Source: Vibrio alginolyticus NBRC 15630 = ATCC 17749
GTDB lineage: Bacteria > Pseudomonadota > Gammaproteobacteria > Enterobacterales > Vibrionaceae
Reading direction: 5' to 3'
Assembly (NCBI RefSeq): GCF_000354175.2
Contig: NC_022349.1
Coordinates: 2,880,001-2,912,000, forward strand
Length of the DNA: 32,000 nt
How positions within the stretch are numbered: the stretch's first letter is position 1; each line of letters starts with the position of its first letter. Shown in pieces: positions 27,579 through 32,000 of this stretch. The notes beneath the pieces were generated by a model. That model made no database searches. It saw only the letters and a list, made by a program, of their open reading frames with translations, and was not told the DNA's origin. A program made the translations under genes and the position numbers.

Positions 27579-28307
27579 TTAGTGGCTAATGCCGAGCATC
27601 TCTTTGAGCACCTTTAAGTAGCGGCGGCTTACTGGTATCTCAAAGCCTGTTTTGGTGATGATTTCCGCTAACCCATTTTCCAGTAACTTGATTTCGCTAA
27701 TCGCTTTAATACTGACTAAGTATTGACGATGGCAGCGGACTAGAGGGGTTTTCTCTTCCAACGTTTTTAATGTCAGTTGGGTGCTCGCGGTTTGGCTGGT
27801 GGAGCGTACATGCACGCCGCTGATATCACTGTAAGCACATTCCACCGTGTCGGTGGCCATGATAACGATGCGGTTGTGTCCGATGCACGGTATCTGATCC
27901 AACGTGTCAGGTGTAATAGCAGACAGTTGTTGCGTTAGGGCGGATTGGCTAATGACTTTGTTTAGTCGTTTGACCGTTTTAGTTAACCGGCATGGGTCGA
28001 CAGGTTTGAGCAAGTAATCAAAGGCATTGTCTTCAAATGCTTGAATCGCATACTGATCATAAGCCGTGACAAAAACCACATAAGGCATGGTTTCTGGATC
28101 AAGCATCCCAAGTAGTTCAATCCCCGTGACTTGAGGCATTTGGATATCGAGAAACACCACATCAGGCTTAAGTTCATTGATTTTTTTTAGGCCAAGGATT
28201 GCGTTTGAGGCATCGCCCACGACCTCAACTTGGCCTGTTTCATCCAGTAACTCTGCTAGCTCTTCACGAGCAAACTGTTCATCATCAATGACGAGTGCGG
28301 TTAACAT
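27579..28307 (-). CDS. btsR: LytTR-family response regulator BtsR (YehT-like)
   Basis: 242 aa. ...KPDVVFLDIQMPQVTGIELLGMLDPETMPYVVFVTAYDQYAIQAFEDNAFDYLLKP...RCHRQYLV...PVSRRYLK is colinear with E. coli YehT/BtsR. Confidence 0.85.
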   Translation of the reverse strand: MLTALVIDDEQFAREELAELLDETGQVEVVGDASNAILGLKKINELKPDVVFLDIQMPQVTGIELLGMLDPETMPYVVFVTAYDQYAIQAFEDNAFDYLLKPVDPCRLTKTVKRLNKVISQSALTQQLSAITPDTLDQIPCIGHNRIVIMATDTVECAYSDISGVHVRSTSQTASTQLTLKTLEEKTPLVRCHRQYLVSIKAISEIKLLENGLAEIITKTGFEIPVSRRYLKVLKEMLGISH

Positions 28308-28338
28308 CCAACATTACCTTTATTGCTTCAGCGTGCTT

Positions 28339-30009
28339 TTATGATTTTGGGGGAATGATAAAGCTCATTTTAGTAAATTGATGTGGCTCGCACGTAATTT
28401 TTAGCGCTGCATCACGTCCAAATTGATTAGTGAGACGTTTGTCGACAATTTCTAAACCTAGCCCTGAGTGGTTTTCTTTTGGCGGTTCAAAACTGCCTGC
28501 GTTGTCTTCGACGGTAATCAAGTGACCTTGTGGGTGTGCTTCGCTGTATATATGAACTTTACCACCTTCAAGCATGTTTGAAATGCCATGCTTAATGGCA
28601 TTCTCAACCAAAGGCTGGAGTGTAAAGCTTGGTAATTTGATGTCCAGCAATTCAGGTTGAATATCGATTTCAACCTCTAAGCGGTCCGTAAAACGCGCTT
28701 TTTCGATGCTCAAGTACGAGTTCACATGTGCAAGCTCTTCCTTTAGCGTCACGGTATTAATGTTCTGCTTTAAATTGCTGCGGAAGAAGTGCGATAAATT
28801 TTGGATTAGCTCGCGCGCTTTGTCAGGGTCACGACGAGTAATCGCACTAATAGTATTGAGTGCATTAAACAAAAAGTGTGGATTCACCTGAGCGTGAAGC
28901 AATTTTATTTCTGCTTGGGCGAGTAAGGCTTGTTGTTGTTGGTAATCGCCATAAAGGATTTGGCTAGATAGAAGCTGGGCTATTCCTTCCGCCATCGACA
29001 TGTTGGCCGTCGAGAACAATTTACGCTTCGGTTCATACAGCTTTATGGTACCAATGACCTCTTTCCCTGCACGCAGTGGGATGATCAGCGCAGATCCGAG
29101 CTTGCAATCTTTTGCAATGGAGCATTGGTATGGACGCTCCGCACCATCAAGATAAATGATGTCGTTTTTCTCCATGGAGTCTAATGTGCTTTGCGATGAA
29201 ATCGGCGTGTTTGGTTTATGGTGATCATCGCCAATGCCCACAAACGCTAAGATTTTTTCTTGGTCAGTAATCGCGACAGCGCCCACTTTGGTTTCTTCGT
29301 AAATAATACGCGCGATTTTCTCTGCGTTTTCGGTGTTGAAGCCGTTGCTTAGAATTCCCACTGAGCGATCTGCAATGGTGAGCGCTCGACGCGAAAACGT
29401 CGCAGAAAACTTTTCAAAGATTGCTTTTCTGTCTTGCAGGATACTCATGAACAACGCCGCACCAAATGAATTCGCGATGATCATAGGCGCTGCAATAGCG
29501 GACACCAGTTCATAGGCTTGATCAAAAGGTTTCGCGACGGCGAGCAGCAAAATCATTTGCACCACTTCTGCAACAAACGTAACGCTGAATACGACGCTTG
29601 GATTAAACAGCAATGCGCCTTTATTTCGCTTGATAAGGTAAACGTGGAGCAAGCCACCAATTACGCCCTCGGCGGTGGTTGAAATTGCACAGGCTAGGTC
29701 AGTAAAGCCACCAAGAGAGTATCGATGAATGCCACCAGTAAATCCGACGGCGAAACCTACAACAGGTCCACCAAACAGCCCGCCCATAACTGCGCCGATC
29801 GCACGAGTATTGGCAATAGCATCGTTGATGTGCAGACCGAAATAGGTGCCGAGAATACAAAAGCCAGAGAAGAGTACGTAACAAATTAGGCGGTGGCTTA
29901 AGCGCGAAGAAATACTCAGCAAAGGTAAGATGATTGGCGTTTTACTTAGCATGTAAGCCAAAACTAAGTACACACACATCTGTTGTAAAAGGGAGATGAC
30001 CAGTTCCAT
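28339..30009 (-). CDS. btsS: LytS-family sensor histidine kinase BtsS (YehU-like): 5TM-Lyt, GAF and HK domains
   Basis: 556 aa with an N-terminal polytopic domain, then AQVNPHFLFNALNTI (His-kinase H-box of the LytS type) and an ATPase domain. It lies directly upstream of btsR. Confidence 0.85.
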   Translation of the reverse strand: MELVISLLQQMCVYLVLAYMLSKTPIILPLLSISSRLSHRLICYVLFSGFCILGTYFGLHINDAIANTRAIGAVMGGLFGGPVVGFAVGFTGGIHRYSLGGFTDLACAISTTAEGVIGGLLHVYLIKRNKGALLFNPSVVFSVTFVAEVVQMILLLAVAKPFDQAYELVSAIAAPMIIANSFGAALFMSILQDRKAIFEKFSATFSRRALTIADRSVGILSNGFNTENAEKIARIIYEETKVGAVAITDQEKILAFVGIGDDHHKPNTPISSQSTLDSMEKNDIIYLDGAERPYQCSIAKDCKLGSALIIPLRAGKEVIGTIKLYEPKRKLFSTANMSMAEGIAQLLSSQILYGDYQQQQALLAQAEIKLLHAQVNPHFLFNALNTISAITRRDPDKARELIQNLSHFFRSNLKQNINTVTLKEELAHVNSYLSIEKARFTDRLEVEIDIQPELLDIKLPSFTLQPLVENAIKHGISNMLEGGKVHIYSEAHPQGHLITVEDNAGSFEPPKENHSGLGLEIVDKRLTNQFGRDAALKITCEPHQFTKMSFIIPPKS

Positions 30010-30043
30010 AGTGAACCTAACCTAGAATCAATGTTGTTATTGT

Positions 30044-30137
30044 ATACCTAAGTAACCTCAAGATGCTTGGCTCAGATAGATAAGAACAGCTAAGTAAATG
30101 ATGCTGTGCTTTCTGAGTCTTAAAGTGACTTGGGTAT
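30044..30137 (-). repeat. Intergenic palindromic repeat, long copy (same family as 12367-12416)
   Basis: atacctaagtaacctcaagatgcttggctcag...tgacttgggtat. The ends match the reverse complement of the copy at 12367. About 50 extra internal nt carry their own inverted repeat (ctcaga 30071-30076 and tctgag 30112-30117). Confidence 0.55.
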
Positions 30138-30140
30138 AAA

Positions 30141-30168
30141 ACAAAAAGAGCCTGCAATTGGCAGGCTC
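30141..30168 (-). terminator. Rho-independent terminator after the CstA-family gene
   Basis: On the minus strand: gagcctgc-caatt-gcaggctc followed by tttttgt. Confidence 0.75.
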
Positions 30169-30201
30169 CTATCTTAGTCACTCAGATGTGACGAGTATTT
30201 A

Positions 30202-31686
30202 TTACGCTGTTTCTGATACGGCTTGTGGTTTCTCTTCGTCAGCCAGTTCAGTTTCACCTTTACCCTTAGAGGTTTTGATAACGTAACCTGTCACAGCTAG
30301 GGCAAACACAATACCTACGATAGTTGATAGTTGCATTGGCAGACCAAAACCTAGCGAGCTGTTGTTTAAGATGAACGTGACACATACCGTGGTCATGAAG
30401 ATAGCTGGGATAGTGGTAATCCAGTGCAGCTTGTTGTGACGCAGTAGGTAAGCGGACGCAGTCCAAAGCATCATTACCGCTGTTGTTTGGTTTGCAAAAC
30501 CGAAGTAGCGCCAGATAATGCCGAAGTCTACTTGAGTTAAGATACCGCCGATAACGAACAGTGGAAGTGCCATCAGTAGACGGTTACGTAGCGTTTTTTG
30601 TTCCATGTTGAAGTATTCAGCAAGGATCAAGCGGCTTGAACGGAACGCTGTATCGCCAGACGTAATTGGTAGGATAACCACACCCAGGAACGCAAGGATA
30701 CCACCGAACACACCTAGCAGACCAAATGATGCGCTGTATACCACGTTACCAGGACCACCGTTTTTCACAGCTTCGGATAGAGCGTCTAGAGAGCCGAAGA
30801 AAGACAGAGCGATAGCACACCAAATTAGCGCGATAACACCTTCACCAATCATTGCACCGTAGAATACGAAGCGACCGTTTTTCTCATTTTCCATACAACG
30901 CGCCATCAGTGGAGACTGAGTTGCGTGGAAGCCAGAGATAGCGCCACATGCGATAGTGATGAACAATGCAGGCCATAACGGCATGTCATTTGGGTTGAGG
31001 TTAGAGAACATGTCCGAAACTTGGAAGTCACCCATTACTGTGTGTTCGCTAGAGAAAGCAACGGCTGTCATTAGGCCAACAGACATAAAGATAAGTAGGG
31101 CGCCAAACAGTGGGTAGAAACGACCAATGATTTTATCGACGGGAACAATCGTCGCAATGATGTAGTAAGCAAATATAGCAATAACCATTGTAGTCATGCT
31201 TACGCTCAAGCTTGTTTGATCATTGATGAGGTTAGTAATCATGCCAGCAGGGGCTGAAACGAACACTACGCCAACTAGAAGTAATAGGACAATGGCAAAA
31301 ATATTCATAAAGTGTTTTGCGCCATTACCTAGGTAGCGACCTGTAATGGTAGGTACAGATGCACCGCCGTTACGCACTGAAAGCATGCCTGAGAAGTAAT
31401 CGTGTACTGCACCAGCAAAAATACAACCGACTACAATCCAAAGCATCGCCGCAGGACCGTATAGTGCCCCCATGATCGGGCCAAAAATTGGACCAACACC
31501 TGCGATGTTAAGTAGTTGAACTAGGTAAACTTTCTTTGTTGACATTGGAACGAAGTCAACACCGTCCGATTTGGTGTGAGCTGGCGTTTGGCGTTTTTCA
31601 TTGATGCCGAAAATCTTCTCGACGAAAGCGCCGTAGATGAAGTATCCGCCGATTAGGGCTGCGACACAGGTTAGAAACCACATCAT
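30202..31686 (-). CDS. btsU: CstA-family transporter, probable BtsSR-controlled pyruvate transporter
   Basis: 494 aa, polytopic, with a CstA-type N-terminus (...VPMSTKKVYLVQLLNIAGVGPIFGPIMGALYGP). It is adjacent to btsSR and has BtsR-type boxes upstream. The symbol comes from my memory of V. campbellii work. The family call is more certain than the name. Confidence 0.8.
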   Translation of the reverse strand: MMWFLTCVAALIGGYFIYGAFVEKIFGINEKRQTPAHTKSDGVDFVPMSTKKVYLVQLLNIAGVGPIFGPIMGALYGPAAMLWIVVGCIFAGAVHDYFSGMLSVRNGGASVPTITGRYLGNGAKHFMNIFAIVLLLLVGVVFVSAPAGMITNLINDQTSLSVSMTTMVIAIFAYYIIATIVPVDKIIGRFYPLFGALLIFMSVGLMTAVAFSSEHTVMGDFQVSDMFSNLNPNDMPLWPALFITIACGAISGFHATQSPLMARCMENEKNGRFVFYGAMIGEGVIALIWCAIALSFFGSLDALSEAVKNGGPGNVVYSASFGLLGVFGGILAFLGVVILPITSGDTAFRSSRLILAEYFNMEQKTLRNRLLMALPLFVIGGILTQVDFGIIWRYFGFANQTTAVMMLWTASAYLLRHNKLHWITTIPAIFMTTVCVTFILNNSSLGFGLPMQLSTIVGIVFALAVTGYVIKTSKGKGETELADEEKPQAVSETA

Positions 31687-31780
31687 AGCAATTGTCCTTG
31701 GTCTTAGTTGGGTAGGGTAATTTTTTAATCTCAGGATGCATGTTATGCGTCACTTGTGTTAAATGCATTCGGTTAGTAGA

Positions 31781-31870
31781 TGAGTGGTCGAATAGAGCAC
31801 TGAGTGGTCGATATGCTGCTTGAGCGGTTTTTAAAAATGGCGAAAGGTTGATGACAGTCTTGAGCGGCTG
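31781..31870 (-). promoter_or_regulatory. Array of four BtsR (YehT)-type boxes upstream of the CstA-family gene
   Basis: On the + strand TGAGTGGT starts at 31781 and 31801, TGAGCGGT at 31821 and TGAGCGGC at 31861. On the gene strand these read ACCACTCA, ACCACTCA, ACCGCTCA and GCCGCTCA. The E. coli YehT motif is ACC[G/T]CT[C/T]A. Confidence 0.55.
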
Positions 31871-31966
31871 ATTTGAGTCATCAGTGGTTAAATCTGCAAG
31901 CTCAGCGGCAAGCGCCAATAATTAGTGGTAAGCTTATTTTTGAAAACAATTACTTAAGGAAGAACC

Positions 31967-32000
31967 ATGAAAAAGGTAACGGTAGGTCTGGCACTGGCTT
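31967..32000 (+). CDS. 5' end of an ORF (MKKVTVGLALA...), possibly with a signal peptide; truncated by the window edge
   Basis: The ATG is preceded by aaggaag 5 nt upstream. Only 11 codons are visible. Confidence 0.3.
   Translation, partial: MKKVTVGLALA

Noticed and set aside
31598-31918. 106-aa minus-strand ORF overlapping the 5' end of the CstA-family gene and its promoter region
   Set aside because: It reads through the BtsR-box array and overlaps the better-supported start at 31686, which has an aagga SD. The product has no recognisable features.
1-32000. Search for a novel multi-gene system such as a defence island, toxin-antitoxin pair, CRISPR array, integrative element or secondary-metabolite cluster
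   Set aside because: Nearly every ORF of 100 aa or more is a recognisable housekeeping or well-known regulatory gene, in an order that matches E. coli blocks and, from memory, V. cholerae VC0663-VC0687. There are no integrase, transposase, phage or nuclease-helicase genes, no direct-repeat/spacer arrays and no tRNA flanks. Only the non-coding and small-ORF candidates listed under findings remain.

Overview
This looks like a conserved core region of a Vibrio (Vibrionaceae) chromosome 1. From memory, the gene order matches V. cholerae VC0663-VC0687: recJ' - prfB - lysS - vpsR - small ORF - DUF1127 gene - tas - hypothetical - mutH / rppH - ptsP - TSUP permease - lgt - thyA - DUF1704 (QEGLA) gene - nptA / nhaR - hlyU - rpsT / murJ - ribF - ileS - lspA - fkpB - ispH - LMW-PTP/ArsC-like gene - btsR - btsS - CstA-family transporter. 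Most genes are housekeeping, are tightly packed, and have clear E. coli orthologues that I recognise from the translations. I see no tRNA or rRNA genes, CRISPR arrays, IS elements, integrases, prophage genes or defence-island content, and I cannot support a novel multi-gene system here. The parts worth a second look are non-coding or very small. (1) The 618-bp mutH-rppH intergenic region carries two perfect DnaA boxes, several near-consensus boxes, a GATC cluster and an IHF consensus site. It sits where E. coli has DARS2. (2) An unlisted 36-codon ORF with a strong Shine-Dalgarno sequence is bracketed by a perfect 15-nt inverted repeat, just upstream of a DUF1127 gene. (3) An array of BtsR/YehT-type boxes with a 20-bp period lies upstream of the CstA-family transporter gene. 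(4) An intergenic palindromic repeat occurs twice in the window. (5) The sigma-54-type activator has lost its GAFTGA and Walker B motifs, as in VpsR. Every homology statement comes from reading the translations and from memory. No database search was run.
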